64,000 nucleotides of DNA. It comes from Candidatus Zixiibacteriota bacterium. GTDB taxonomy: Bacteria; Zixibacteria; MSB-5A5; UBA10806; 4484-95. A model generated the notes under the pieces. The model ran no database searches, was not told where the DNA came from, and was given only the letters and a program-made list of their open reading frames with translations. Below, one piece after another: positions 20,734 to 31,462 of this stretch. Every line of letters starts with the position of its first letter. The first letter of the stretch is position 1. A program made the position numbers and the translations under genes. The stretch covers positions 433,284-497,283 of the forward strand of contig JBBIRK010000001.1 in assembly GCA_037441845.1 (NCBI GenBank), written 5' to 3'.

Positions 20734-22305
20734 ATGATGAATATCGCTCTATTCATAATTTTCGTATGGACGATAATTATCGTGGGCGCTGCAGATTTGG
20801 AGGCAGACATGGTGAAACAAATCAGGCCGGCCGCGGTGGCCGGATCGTTTTATCCCGACCAACCGACCGCTCTGGCGAAAACAATCGCTGAAATGCTGGC
20901 GAAAACCCAGAGACCGGAGATAAACGGCCGGGTCATGGGGTTGATCTGCCCGCATGCAGGATATATCTATTCCGGACCGGTGGCATCCTATGCATACAAA
21001 ATCATACAAGGCCTCGAATTCAGATCGGTGATCGTAATCGCTCCTTGTCACGTCGAGGCTTTTCCTGGTTCCGCCGTTTATCCCGGCGATGCCTACAGCA
21101 CGCCCTTAGGCGATATCGATATCGACCGCGAACTATCGGAAAAAATCGCCGCCGCCGATAAACGCGGGTCGGTTCGGTTATCGGATATGGGACACCGTTT
21201 GGTGCGTAGGGGAGGCGAGCACTCCCTCGAGGTGCAATTACCGTTTCTAAAAACCATGCTCGGAGAATTCAAGTTGGTCGCCATCGTGATGGGGACACAA
21301 GACAAGGCAAGTTGCGAAGCCCTTGCCGAAGCGATTTTCAGCGCCGCCCGCAACCGATCCGATATATTGATAGTGGCCAGCAGCGATTTGTCGCATTTCC
21401 ATCCGGCCGGTGAGGCACTTCGGCTTGATTCGAGAATCGTCAATCTGATCGACAACTACGATTACCGGAATCTGCTGGAGGAGTTGGAGGCCGAGAAGGT
21501 CGAGGCTTGCGGAGGAGGACCGATAATTACCGCTATGCTGGCCTGCCGAAAATTAGGCGCCGATTCGGCCAAGGTGGTCAAATATGCGCATTCCGGAGAG
21601 ATAACCGGCGATAACTCCGGGGTAGTGGGATATCTTGCCGCGGTATTATTCAAAAAAAGCGGCGGCAAAACCTACGAAATCGAAGATGTAGATGAACGGG
21701 CGGCTAATGAAACAGCTCTTGGATCGACTCAATCCCATCCGGCTGCGGCCGTCGACTTCGGGTTGACGGCCGGTGATAAAAAGGCGCTGTTGAATCTGGC
21801 GCGCGAATCGATACGATACGCTCTTCAAGGCGAAAAATTCGTGCCGAACAGCGCGGACTTTGCGGGGGTCCTAAGCGAAAAACGCGGGGCGTTCGTAACC
21901 TTGAAGATCGACGGCCACCTACGCGGCTGTATCGGAAACATTATCGGCTACCGCCCGCTGTATGAAACGATCGCTGACATGGCGGTCCAGGCGGCTTTTC
22001 ACGACCCGCGTTTCAAACCGTTATCCGAGCAGGAATTCGCCAAAATCAAATTGGAGATTTCCGTTTTAACGCCGATGATAAACGTAACCGACCCGGCCGA
22101 AATAATGGTTGGCCGCGATGGCTTGTTCATAACCAAAGGGTATTCCAGCGGCCTGCTACTGCCGCAGGTGGCGGTCGAATACGGTTGGGACAGGGAGACG
22201 TTTTTGAATCAAACCTGTATTAAAGCAGGGCTGCCGCCTGGGACCTGGAAACAGCCGGGGACAATCATACAAAGATTTCAGGCGGATATCTTTGCTGAAG
22301 ATTAG
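20734..22305 (+). CDS. AmmeMemoRadiSam protein B (MEMO1-like) fused to protein A (AMMECR1-like)
   Basis: RPAAVAGSFYP, PHAGYIYSG, EHSLEVQLPFL, ASSDLSH, EACG, VVGY; then GAFVTL, LRGCIG, DPRF, GLLLPQV, KAGLP. Alternative SD-led start at 20809. Confidence 0.92.
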   Translation: MMNIALFIIFVWTIIIVGAADLEADMVKQIRPAAVAGSFYPDQPTALAKTIAEMLAKTQRPEINGRVMGLICPHAGYIYSGPVASYAYKIIQGLEFRSVIVIAPCHVEAFPGSAVYPGDAYSTPLGDIDIDRELSEKIAAADKRGSVRLSDMGHRLVRRGGEHSLEVQLPFLKTMLGEFKLVAIVMGTQDKASCEALAEAIFSAARNRSDILIVASSDLSHFHPAGEALRLDSRIVNLIDNYDYRNLLEELEAEKVEACGGGPIITAMLACRKLGADSAKVVKYAHSGEITGDNSGVVGYLAAVLFKKSGGKTYEIEDVDERAANETALGSTQSHPAAAVDFGLTAGDKKALLNLARESIRYALQGEKFVPNSADFAGVLSEKRGAFVTLKIDGHLRGCIGNIIGYRPLYETIADMAVQAAFHDPRFKPLSEQEFAKIKLEISVLTPMINVTDPAEIMVGRDGLFITKGYSSGLLLPQVAVEYGWDRETFLNQTCIKAGLPPGTWKQPGTIIQRFQADIFAED

Positions 22306-23596
22306 AAAATCAAGACCGGCCGTTTATTTTCGACGAAGCGGCAATCTTAGAAAATTATATTCAAAATCTTTACCGGCTGTTTTAGTCATCTGTATCGTCG
22401 GACTTGCCGTTACCCTATGTTTCAACGGCATTGCATCGTCGGGTATCCGCCCCGCTTTATCCACTGAACCCACCGAAATCTATAACGTGAAGGCGACCGC
22501 GATTTTCTCCGGCCAAATTCGAGATGGAGAAACGCTGATTTCGGAACTGCTTAAACTGAATGTGCCGAAATACACCGTTAACAAAATAATTTCCAGGTTC
22601 TCCCGCATTTTCGATTTGGAACAGTGTCGCGCCGGTGACCGCTATCACCTGTTTCTGTCCGGCGGCGATTCCATTCTGGCATTCGAGTATCTGACCGTTG
22701 ACTCGTCCCGCTACAGACTCGAAAAGCTGGGCGGCGATTTCGTCGACGAAATCTGGAATAACGGATATCAGGTTAAAACGGAACTGGCGACAGCTATAGT
22801 GAGCAACAACCTATGGGATACTTCGGTCAATCCGCTTCCCGATCCCGAGCTATTGGCCAGGTTCGCTCATGTTTACGCCAGCCAAGTGGACCTTCTGACG
22901 GAAACCGACACCGGAGATACTATCAAGGTGCTGTATGAGGCTCATTACGGTCCGGACGGATCCGTGAAATGCGGCAAGATCCTGGCTATGGAATACAATC
23001 ATAAGGGTTCCGCGCAGCGGGCGTTTTATTTCACGGACCCGGAAGGGCATAGCGATTATTACGATGAAAGCGGATATTCGCTGAAACGGGCCATGTTGAA
23101 ATCACCGCTTGATTACCGTTGTATAAGTTCCCGGTTTTCGAGCGCAAGACTTCACCCGATCTACAAAATCTATCGTCCCCACCTCGGGGTCGATTACGCC
23201 GCGGCCTACGGTACACCGGTGGTGGCAGCCGGCGATGGCAGGATAATTTATAAGGGCTATCACAACGGATTCGGGAATTATCTGGAAATCAAACATGATT
23301 TCGGCCTGACGACGACCTACGGCCATCTATCCAGGTTCGCCGATATCGAACCGGGCCAACAGGTGCAACAAGGAGAAGTCATCGGATATGTCGGAGCGAC
23401 CGGAGACGCCACCGGACCGCATCTCGATTATCGGGTGCGCAAAGACGGCAAGTATATAAACCCTCTGCGTATGACCGTGCCGGCGGCCGCGCCGGTAAAA
23501 TTGGCCTATATGGGCGAATTCAGAGAGTTGGTGGCTCAGCGGCTGGCAGTATTGAAAGCGTCCCCGGAATTTAAATTATACGCCGCCAAAATGTAG
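22292..23596 (+). CDS. M23-family peptidoglycan DD-endopeptidase (MepM-like)
   Basis: N-terminal TM; HPIYKIYRPHLGVDYAA (HxxxD), YGHLS, TGPHLDY. Confidence 0.9.
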   Translation: MLKIRKSRPAVYFRRSGNLRKLYSKSLPAVLVICIVGLAVTLCFNGIASSGIRPALSTEPTEIYNVKATAIFSGQIRDGETLISELLKLNVPKYTVNKIISRFSRIFDLEQCRAGDRYHLFLSGGDSILAFEYLTVDSSRYRLEKLGGDFVDEIWNNGYQVKTELATAIVSNNLWDTSVNPLPDPELLARFAHVYASQVDLLTETDTGDTIKVLYEAHYGPDGSVKCGKILAMEYNHKGSAQRAFYFTDPEGHSDYYDESGYSLKRAMLKSPLDYRCISSRFSSARLHPIYKIYRPHLGVDYAAAYGTPVVAAGDGRIIYKGYHNGFGNYLEIKHDFGLTTTYGHLSRFADIEPGQQVQQGEVIGYVGATGDATGPHLDYRVRKDGKYINPLRMTVPAAAPVKLAYMGEFRELVAQRLAVLKASPEFKLYAAKM

Positions 23597-23734
23597 AATT
23601 TTCCATAAAAAATTTTCGATTGTTTTTTAAGCCAAATCATCGATCAGCGGACTAATAAGGATTCCATACTCGCGAATTTCGTGAAAATAGTCTTTATTTC
23701 CGGCCGTGATTTCTGATTCGTTCACCTGGAATCG

Positions 23735-26700
23735 TCATGCCGATTTGCCGGCATCGGCTTTGGCGACAATTTTGCCGATCGCGGCCAGTATCGATTCTCG
23801 AGAGAACGGCTTGATAATAACACCATCCGCCTTGTCGGCATAATCATCGTATTGATATTTTATCGGACCGAAACTGGTGAGGAAAATCGGACATGACGGC
23901 ATGGCCGACTTTATCTTTTCATAAGTTCGGACGAAATCGACCATGGCCGGGTGACTGGCATCGAGGAGCGCGAGATCGAATCGTTTTTCATTTAAATCGG
24001 TCGGCATTTCCTCGCTCCAAAAAATAACCTGACAATGGGCACCGAAATCGCCGAATATTTTTGCCAGAAGCTCGGCCTGTTCTTTATCGAACTCGTGCGC
24101 CAGGATGTTTTTCCCCTGCAAAAACGAAATTTCGCCGGTTATCTCGGGCGTCGTCTCTATCGTGGGCAATGCGATGGTGAATTGACTGCCGATATTTACC
24201 TTGCTGGCCACTTCGATTTCGCCGCCATGACTCTTGACGATATTGTAACAGATCGAAAGACCCAATCCCGTACCCTTCACTTGACTATCGCCCCAAGCTC
24301 CCTTGGTGGTGAAGAACGGGTCGAATATTTTCGGTAAATGTTCAGGCTTTATGCCGCAGCCGTTGTCGGCTATTTCGACGTATACTTTGCCATGGGAGCT
24401 CCAGGCGCTGACCGAAATGAAGCCGCCGCTTTCCACCGCATGGATGGCGTTGATTAGAATATTCAAAAACACCTGTTGCAACTGCCCCGGAATACCTTTG
24501 ACCGGAGGCAGCTTCGCATAGTTCTTATAGAGGTGGATAGCTTTGCCCCTTATTTCCTTGCCCGTGAGCTTGATAATGTCGTCGAGGATGCCGGCGATAT
24601 CGACTCCGCTGGCTTGTTCGTTTTTGCGGCGCGAGTAGGAGAGCAACGACTGGACCAGCTCGGCCGCCTGTTCGGTGATTTTGAGCGCTTCCTTTATGCT
24701 GCTTCTCAACAGATTGCCGTCCTCCGAGTAGTTCAGCCCGAAGGAAAGGTTTCCCATGATTCCACCCAGCAGATTGTTGAATTCATGGGCCACACCGGCG
24801 GCCAGGATACCTATCGCCGCCATTTTTTCCGATTGAATGATCTGATTTTCGAGAAGCAGTTTTTCGGTTATATCCATCGCCAGACCGTCGATGCGGACAA
24901 CCTGCCCGGTCGAATCGACATCCGAAGACAACACCACCGAGGCGGTCTTGATCGAACCGTCTTTATGTAAAATTCTGATTTCGATCGGTACGGTCGATTT
25001 GCCTTTGAGCAATTGGGCGTAAACCTCTTGGCAGCGGGAAAAATCGTCGGGATGAATGACTGACCGCCAAATCTTGGAATCCGCCCAAAATTCGTCCGGA
25101 CTGTAGCCGGTCAGGCTTTCGATCGCGGGCGACACCACGTTCAGTTCGCCGCGAACCGTGTCATGACTCCAAATCGTCACTGGTGAGGTTTCGACCACCT
25201 GACGATATTTCTCCTCTGATTCTTTCAGGGCTTCCTCGATAAGGCGGCGTTGGTTCTCAAGAATGTCGCGCTGCAGCCGGATTTTCAGTATGGGCGCTAT
25301 ATGGTCCGCGATCGTATCGATAAACCGGCGATCGTTATCGTTGTAATCGCTTTCCTTATCCATAACGGCTATCATCCCCAGCAGCTCGTCGCCCTGCATA
25401 ATCGGCGCGACCAGCGCCCGGGTTGCTTTGAAAATCTCAAAGACAGTGTTGTCCCGCCGGTTAAGTATCAGCGATTTTTTATCTCGCAATATGCTTTTCC
25501 AAATTTCCGCCAGCCCGGGATCGCCTGATATCGGACTCTCGCTGCGAATATCGTATTTTGCGAGAATATCCGCTTTCAAGGTGGGAAAAACAAGTTTGCC
25601 TGCGGGATCGAGGTAGGCGATCATTCCGTGTTTACTTTGCAAGCATTCCAATATCACCCGAGTCAATTCGTCGTAGAGAATGTCGTCACCGGTGGTAAGA
25701 AAAACCTGATCTATCTGATTCCTGATAGACAGTTCGTTTTTCGATCTACGTAAAGCTTCCTCCGCTATTTTCCTTTCGGTGATATCGAGAGCCGTGAAGG
25801 TGACGCCGCGTGAATGATCGTTGGGATCTATTGGGGTTGAGCTCAAGATGACATGAATTATATCGCCGTTTTTCTTTTTGAATCTGGTCTCGACCGTGCC
25901 GGTCCCATATTCGGCGATCTGCCGATACTTTTCGCGGCCCACGAATTCGTATTCCTCGTCGTCGGGATAGATCATTCTCGATGATTGCCCGATTAGTTCT
26001 TGACGTGAATAACCGGTCATTTCGCAGAATTTTTCGTTGATCTCCCAAAACACCCGGTTCCGGACAACCCCGATTCCCGCCGGGGCAACTCGGAAAATAC
26101 TCCGCATCTTCTCTTCGCTTTCCCGTAATGCTTCTTCGGCGCGCTTTTGTTCGGTGATATCACGGAACAAACCGAAAGTGCCTATTATTTTTCCGGATCT
26201 GTCATAGGACGGCGCCCCAGAAACCATCAATTCTCTGATTCGTCCGTCCGGACGGGTTATGCGGATCGTATAACTCGATTTTACTCCCGTGTGTCGTTTG
26301 GAGGTTTGCCGCCGGATATATTCGAATTGTTCCCGATCCACGAATTCGCCCAACGATCTGCCTATTAGGGTTTCTCTATCCATTCCGAACATTTGCGCGG
26401 CCGCCGGATTGACGAAAACGAATCGTTCGTCGAGGTCGAATCGGCATACGCCCTCGCTCTGTGTTTCGATCAGCTCGCGATATTTCTCTTCGCTTTCTCT
26501 CAGCGCCTGTTCCGCCAGCATGCGAGCCGTGACATCTCTTGAACTGGTTTGAAACTCGCTTGTCTTTCCTTTGCTATCCCGCCTGGGGTGGCAGATGGTT
26601 TCAAACCAGATATATTCCCCGTTCTTTTTCCTGATTCTATAAAGATATTTCGCCCGCTGACCACGTTCGAGAACCGTCCTGAGGCAATCGTCGCGTATGG

Positions 26701-29700
26701 CCGCGCGGTCTTCGGCATGAATCAGATCATACCAGGAGATTCCCACATGTTCCGCCGGCTCATAACCCAGGATATCTCTCACCGAGGGCGAAATATATCG
26801 GAATCCGCCATCGATATCATGAACGCAAACGAGGTCGGTCATCGAATCGGCGAGAAGCCGGTATTTTTCTTCACTTGCCTTGATCGCCATTTCGGCTCTT
26901 TTGCGCTCGGTGATATCGAATGCGTATTCGATAAGGTGGGTGACTTGGTTGTCTTCGCCGATAATCGGATAGCCGTGAATCTCAAAATATCTTTGCTGGC
27001 CGTCCGATCCGATAAAGGCTCGTTCGTGAACAACCGGGCGTCTGTTTTTCACCGCCAGATTGATGGTACATGCTTCATTGTAATGATCGCAGCTTTTCGG
27101 TCTTCCCCACATCATGAAGTGGCATGTAGTATTGAAGTCGGTGGAGTTTTTCCGGGCGGCGGAATTGGCTAGCACGACGCTGCGGTCTTTCACGTCAATA
27201 ACGTAGAAAGGATGTGATAATGACTCGATAGTGCTCTGCAGAAGCTTATGTTGGGCTTTTATTTGTTCGCTCGCCTTCTTGGCCGCGGTCGTATCTCTCA
27301 TCGTGGCCAGGATGACGTTTTGGTTGTTGAGAACGAGCGAGCGCAGGGAAATTTCGGTGAAAATCAATACTCCGTCTTTTCGCCGGTGCAGCCACTCGAA
27401 AACCTGCGGTGTCCCCGATCGGGCGGCGTTTATATAGGCGGCGGCGGCCTCAACCGAGGTCCGGCCGTCCGGCTGAAACTCAGGCGAAAATTCGACCGGG
27501 GAATGCCCGATTATGTCCTCTCGATCGCAAGCCCAGATCCGGCACGCTTCCTCGTTGCAATCGAGAAAAATATCGGTCATTATGAATATTCCGGACATGT
27601 TGCCCTCGAACAACAGCCGGTATTTGTTTTCGCTTTCACGCAGAGCCTGCTCGGCCTTGCGCAGCTCGGTGACGTCCACTATGACTTCATGGGAGGTTAC
27701 GATCACGCCGAATTCGTTGCGTTCGGCGACGGCCGAAAACAGACCGTCGATTATTTCCCCGTTTTTCTTGACGAATCGAAGCGGGACTTGGCTGCAAATA
27801 CCAGTCCGAAGGAAATCGGGGAAAACCGTCTCGACAGCGTAATGGACGCTTTCGACCGCCATGAATTCCAAAGCTTTTCTCCCGATCACCTCATCGCGCG
27901 AGTACCCCATGGTGCGCAGCCAATAATCGTTCACATTTATTATCGTGCCGGCCCTGTCGACCGATTGCATCATCACCGGGCTTTTTCCATAGAGAGATCG
28001 GAATCTCTCTTCGCTATTGCGCAGAGCCGTTTCCGTCTCTTTGATCGCGGTGGCGTCGGTCGCTACCCCCACCAGACCGGCCAGTTTTCCGTCGACATCT
28101 ATATACGGCGCTTTGTTGAAAATTATATCGCGCATCAGACCATCGGCGCGCCGCAATTTGATTTCATAGGAAACTGGCTTTCGAGATTCCAATAATTCCT
28201 GTTCGTGTTGAGTAATTTCCCTTGCCTGGTCCTCGGAAAGCAGATCTTCGACTTTTTTGCCGATAACATCCTCGACCCTTGCGCCCAGAAAATTGAGCGT
28301 TGCCTTGTTGCACAATCGATAAACGCCTGATATATCCTTGAAATATACCGGAACCGGCATGGTATCGATAATGCTTTGGACGAAATTCAATTTTTCTTTC
28401 GTCTGCTGTTCCGACCGTTTCCGTTCGGTCGCCTGTTTGAAGTAGACCGAAACACCATCGGCAGCCGGATAGATTTGGACATCGAACCATTGCTCGTCGG
28501 GGACGGCATCGAGGCGAAGTTCGAAACCCACGGCGATCCTACGGTCAACGGCCAGTTCGTAGTTGTCTTCGAATTCGGTTCCCTTGAATTGGGGAAAAGC
28601 CGAATACAACCCTGCTCCGAGAACCTTCTGGTCTTCGTTTCCGAAAATCTTTTCGGCAGCCTTATTCAAATAGGTGATTTTAGACTCAGCGTTGACCGCC
28701 ATGAAAGCATCGCTGATGCTCTCGAGCGTTTGTCGCATTTCGTCGAGGGTTTCTTGGCGGGATTTTTCGGATTCCTCCAGCGCATCCAACATTCCGTTTA
28801 TGGAATCCCCCAGGATGGCGAATTCCTTGATATCGCTCGGGATCAATCGGTCGGATGTGTTTTTCGAGTGCCTAATCTCGTTCACCCCATCTATAAGTCG
28901 ATTAAGATGTACAAGAACGAATTTATCCGTGGCTATGACCGCGATGATGAAAAAGAATACTCCGACAGCCAGCATAAGAATGTGAATTTTACCCACGATC
29001 GATTTGCTGTAATTATAAATATTTCTGGGCTGCAGCGTGCGCATCATCAGCACCGGCTTGCCGTTGATATCGTTTATCCGTGAGTAAGAGGCGACCGCAT
29101 ATTCATTCAACGGCTGAGTGGTGATGAATTGACCGCGTTGCATTGATTTCACGGCGGCATCCACATCATCGGGCAGTTTATCGTTGTGCAGCGCAAAGAT
29201 ATCCACGACCAAACCGGTCAAATCGCTAAAGTGATTAATGAAACTGCGGTCCATCATCTTGCCGAAAATCAATGCGCCCCTTACCGGGCCCTCGCGTTCG
29301 CTGGTCAGAATCGGCCGCGAGGCGATCAGCATCGGGCCTTCGGATGTAATCACAATCCCGTTGACTTGGTCTTCGGGAAGATCGTGATGGATAAGGCTTC
29401 GATTGGCCAGTATCAGCTTAAAAACATTTCCGGGAAATTCCTGTTTCTTGAGCGAATCGAGATCGAAATATATCGCTTTTACCACTTCTTCGTCTTTATT
29501 TATGAACACCATCAGATTTATGCGCAGCATATCGAATGCGGAAAGCACAAGATTGGATTCTTCATAGTCGGAATTTCTGTTTTCGATATATTCATAGGTG
29601 TCATTCCAACTGGCCCAGTCGGATAAGAGAATGTCGAGATTGGTCAATTCGCGCTCGAGCGCCTTCAGGGCTCGCTGCATGTCTACCCGGGCTTTATCCG

Positions 29701-29815
29701 TTTCGAGATCCTCGAACCCGGTATCAATGAAACGCAGACTCAGGAAAGCGACTGCCGCTGTGCCCACCAATAGACACAAAATAACAGTGATCCTGATCCT
29801 GTTTTTCAAGCTCAT
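23735..29815 (-). CDS. Hybrid sensor histidine kinase: CHASE4-HAMP-8xPAS-GAF-PAS-HisKA-HATPase-REC
   Basis: DWASWNDTY (CHASE4); repeated DITE.K.AE.AL..SEEKY PAC linkers; GVAHEFNN, NAIHA, DNGCG, PFFTTK, GTGLGL; C-terminal receiver (LLD...IKPF). Confidence 0.93.
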   Translation of the reverse strand: MSLKNRIRITVILCLLVGTAAVAFLSLRFIDTGFEDLETDKARVDMQRALKALERELTNLDILLSDWASWNDTYEYIENRNSDYEESNLVLSAFDMLRINLMVFINKDEEVVKAIYFDLDSLKKQEFPGNVFKLILANRSLIHHDLPEDQVNGIVITSEGPMLIASRPILTSEREGPVRGALIFGKMMDRSFINHFSDLTGLVVDIFALHNDKLPDDVDAAVKSMQRGQFITTQPLNEYAVASYSRINDINGKPVLMMRTLQPRNIYNYSKSIVGKIHILMLAVGVFFFIIAVIATDKFVLVHLNRLIDGVNEIRHSKNTSDRLIPSDIKEFAILGDSINGMLDALEESEKSRQETLDEMRQTLESISDAFMAVNAESKITYLNKAAEKIFGNEDQKVLGAGLYSAFPQFKGTEFEDNYELAVDRRIAVGFELRLDAVPDEQWFDVQIYPAADGVSVYFKQATERKRSEQQTKEKLNFVQSIIDTMPVPVYFKDISGVYRLCNKATLNFLGARVEDVIGKKVEDLLSEDQAREITQHEQELLESRKPVSYEIKLRRADGLMRDIIFNKAPYIDVDGKLAGLVGVATDATAIKETETALRNSEERFRSLYGKSPVMMQSVDRAGTIINVNDYWLRTMGYSRDEVIGRKALEFMAVESVHYAVETVFPDFLRTGICSQVPLRFVKKNGEIIDGLFSAVAERNEFGVIVTSHEVIVDVTELRKAEQALRESENKYRLLFEGNMSGIFIMTDIFLDCNEEACRIWACDREDIIGHSPVEFSPEFQPDGRTSVEAAAAYINAARSGTPQVFEWLHRRKDGVLIFTEISLRSLVLNNQNVILATMRDTTAAKKASEQIKAQHKLLQSTIESLSHPFYVIDVKDRSVVLANSAARKNSTDFNTTCHFMMWGRPKSCDHYNEACTINLAVKNRRPVVHERAFIGSDGQQRYFEIHGYPIIGEDNQVTHLIEYAFDITERKRAEMAIKASEEKYRLLADSMTDLVCVHDIDGGFRYISPSVRDILGYEPAEHVGISWYDLIHAEDRAAIRDDCLRTVLERGQRAKYLYRIRKKNGEYIWFETICHPRRDSKGKTSEFQTSSRDVTARMLAEQALRESEEKYRELIETQSEGVCRFDLDERFVFVNPAAAQMFGMDRETLIGRSLGEFVDREQFEYIRRQTSKRHTGVKSSYTIRITRPDGRIRELMVSGAPSYDRSGKIIGTFGLFRDITEQKRAEEALRESEEKMRSIFRVAPAGIGVVRNRVFWEINEKFCEMTGYSRQELIGQSSRMIYPDDEEYEFVGREKYRQIAEYGTGTVETRFKKKNGDIIHVILSSTPIDPNDHSRGVTFTALDITERKIAEEALRRSKNELSIRNQIDQVFLTTGDDILYDELTRVILECLQSKHGMIAYLDPAGKLVFPTLKADILAKYDIRSESPISGDPGLAEIWKSILRDKKSLILNRRDNTVFEIFKATRALVAPIMQGDELLGMIAVMDKESDYNDNDRRFIDTIADHIAPILKIRLQRDILENQRRLIEEALKESEEKYRQVVETSPVTIWSHDTVRGELNVVSPAIESLTGYSPDEFWADSKIWRSVIHPDDFSRCQEVYAQLLKGKSTVPIEIRILHKDGSIKTASVVLSSDVDSTGQVVRIDGLAMDITEKLLLENQIIQSEKMAAIGILAAGVAHEFNNLLGGIMGNLSFGLNYSEDGNLLRSSIKEALKITEQAAELVQSLLSYSRRKNEQASGVDIAGILDDIIKLTGKEIRGKAIHLYKNYAKLPPVKGIPGQLQQVFLNILINAIHAVESGGFISVSAWSSHGKVYVEIADNGCGIKPEHLPKIFDPFFTTKGAWGDSQVKGTGLGLSICYNIVKSHGGEIEVASKVNIGSQFTIALPTIETTPEITGEISFLQGKNILAHEFDKEQAELLAKIFGDFGAHCQVIFWSEEMPTDLNEKRFDLALLDASHPAMVDFVRTYEKIKSAMPSCPIFLTSFGPIKYQYDDYADKADGVIIKPFSRESILAAIGKIVAKADAGKSA

Positions 29816-30058
29816 TCCGAGCACCTGCCTGATAAATCACGCAATCGTATCCCTAAGTAAATCAGACATAACCGTTCACCGGAACTATATCAAACCATAT
29901 TCGAATTATCGAATTTGTCTATTCCGCTCTTTAATACAGAAGGGGGTGACCGTTAAGCGGTGTTTCATTCGGTCATGATCGAACAGGGGCGCGGCCCGAT
30001 TATTGCACGCTCGAAGAGAAATACGGCAGCTTCGTCATTATTAATTAAAGGCGACGAA

Positions 30059-31300
30059 TTAGAAGTCCCTATCGGCATTCGCGATGGGCTGATTCAATGC
30101 TCCGCCGAATGTGCCTATCAAAAAACAGTTGAACAGTCGCCGGGCGATGCGCCACTGCGCAAGCGAAATATCGATTTGCGAAGGGGCGTTTGTCCTCCAG
30201 CTCGTTTGACAAGAGTCAGCCCGCCCCACCGCCCAACGTTCAAGCGGCAAGGTATATGTATAAACGCCTCTTCCCTCATTATCCAACAGATAGCGGCTAT
30301 CAAGGTAGCTGCGGAGGGTATCGCAATTATAAAGCAACGGTAACCGCTGGTTTATCACTTGAATCATCGGAGCCGTCGTATCCGAATTCAGATAGATTGG
30401 AACATTGGCGGACCCGACCCACAGCGGAAAGGCCACACTCAACACGGGCGTGCCGAGTATCGCCAGCAACATCGAAAAACGCGGATCTTCGTCAATATCG
30501 ACACCCCTGATCACCGCCGCGGAATTGGTGCGCACATTATTTATCGTCGATCCGGCCCAGATATAACCCGGAGCGCCATCGGGCTGCGTGCCGTTGAATG
30601 GCAAAGGGTAAGGATCGGCGAACTCATTGACGAGGTCGCGGGGCAGATTGGCAAGAACAAACGCGGCCGATATCCCCTCTTTGCTTCGGCCTCGCAAAAT
30701 CCCCTCGGCTCGTTTAACCCGCATTTCACCGGAATAACGCGCCCCTCCCGACATTGAATAATTAGCCCGGATCAGAATTCCGTCCGAGTCCTGATCGGCA
30801 TAATAGGCGACCCAGTGACGGTTGCCGCACTCATATATCGCTACGCGGCCGCTGCTGTCGAATACTCCGAAATTCCAGCAATCGATTCTGCCCAAGGCGT
30901 TGGTGGAATCAAGCAGCCATTCGAATTCCTGCAACTTGGTACAATTTTCGAGCGCCAGACGCATCAAGGTGCCGTCGTCGATACCGGCTGTAAGCGAGTC
31001 GTCGAGATTGTAGCTGTCGGAATTCATTATTCCGAATCCCGAGTCATTCACCCCCATATAGATGCGCGTGGTATCGGCGGAATAAAAGTTCCCCAGATAA
31101 CCCCGGGTCTGCCGGCCGTCGCGCCAAACCGGAGCGAAATAATCGAATTTCTGCTCGGGATTGCCTACATCGCGGTTTTTCCAGAGAAGCGGCCTGCCAT
31201 CGGCGGTGGCCCGGCCGCTGATAGCGGCTATAGTGCAAGGCTTAAGCCGGGCCGACGAAATTACCGACAACACCAGGGCGGTATAGATAAAGCAGCGCAT
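30059..31300 (-). CDS. Secreted Ntn-hydrolase (peptidase C45/C69-like)
   Basis: Signal peptide then CTIAAISGRATADGRPLLWKNRD, MGVNDSGFGIMNS, NFGVFD, RANYS. Confidence 0.8.
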   Translation of the reverse strand: MRCFIYTALVLSVISSARLKPCTIAAISGRATADGRPLLWKNRDVGNPEQKFDYFAPVWRDGRQTRGYLGNFYSADTTRIYMGVNDSGFGIMNSDSYNLDDSLTAGIDDGTLMRLALENCTKLQEFEWLLDSTNALGRIDCWNFGVFDSSGRVAIYECGNRHWVAYYADQDSDGILIRANYSMSGGARYSGEMRVKRAEGILRGRSKEGISAAFVLANLPRDLVNEFADPYPLPFNGTQPDGAPGYIWAGSTINNVRTNSAAVIRGVDIDEDPRFSMLLAILGTPVLSVAFPLWVGSANVPIYLNSDTTAPMIQVINQRLPLLYNCDTLRSYLDSRYLLDNEGRGVYTYTLPLERWAVGRADSCQTSWRTNAPSQIDISLAQWRIARRLFNCFLIGTFGGALNQPIANADRDF

Positions 31301-31462
31301 ATCCGCAGTCTTAGATAATCGTTCACCTAAAGTAAACCGGAATCGAATGCCGGGTCAAGCGATAACGGCACGGTTTCTGAAAATTCGCCTGCCTATAACG
31401 GCACCGGACACTCCCCAAAAAAGTTAAGTTCAATTGAATTCATCTCGAACCAAAGGAGCGGA

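Noticed and set aside
24035..29626. Long plus-strand ORFs (up to 315 aa) inside the kinase, and similar ones inside DUF438, S8 and the fumarase
   Set aside because: Antisense shadows with no recognisable motifs.
29905..29935. Sigma28-like promoter (TAAA-N16-TTCGATAA) for the kinase
   Set aside because: Spacing and -10 element deviate from consensus; too weak to call.
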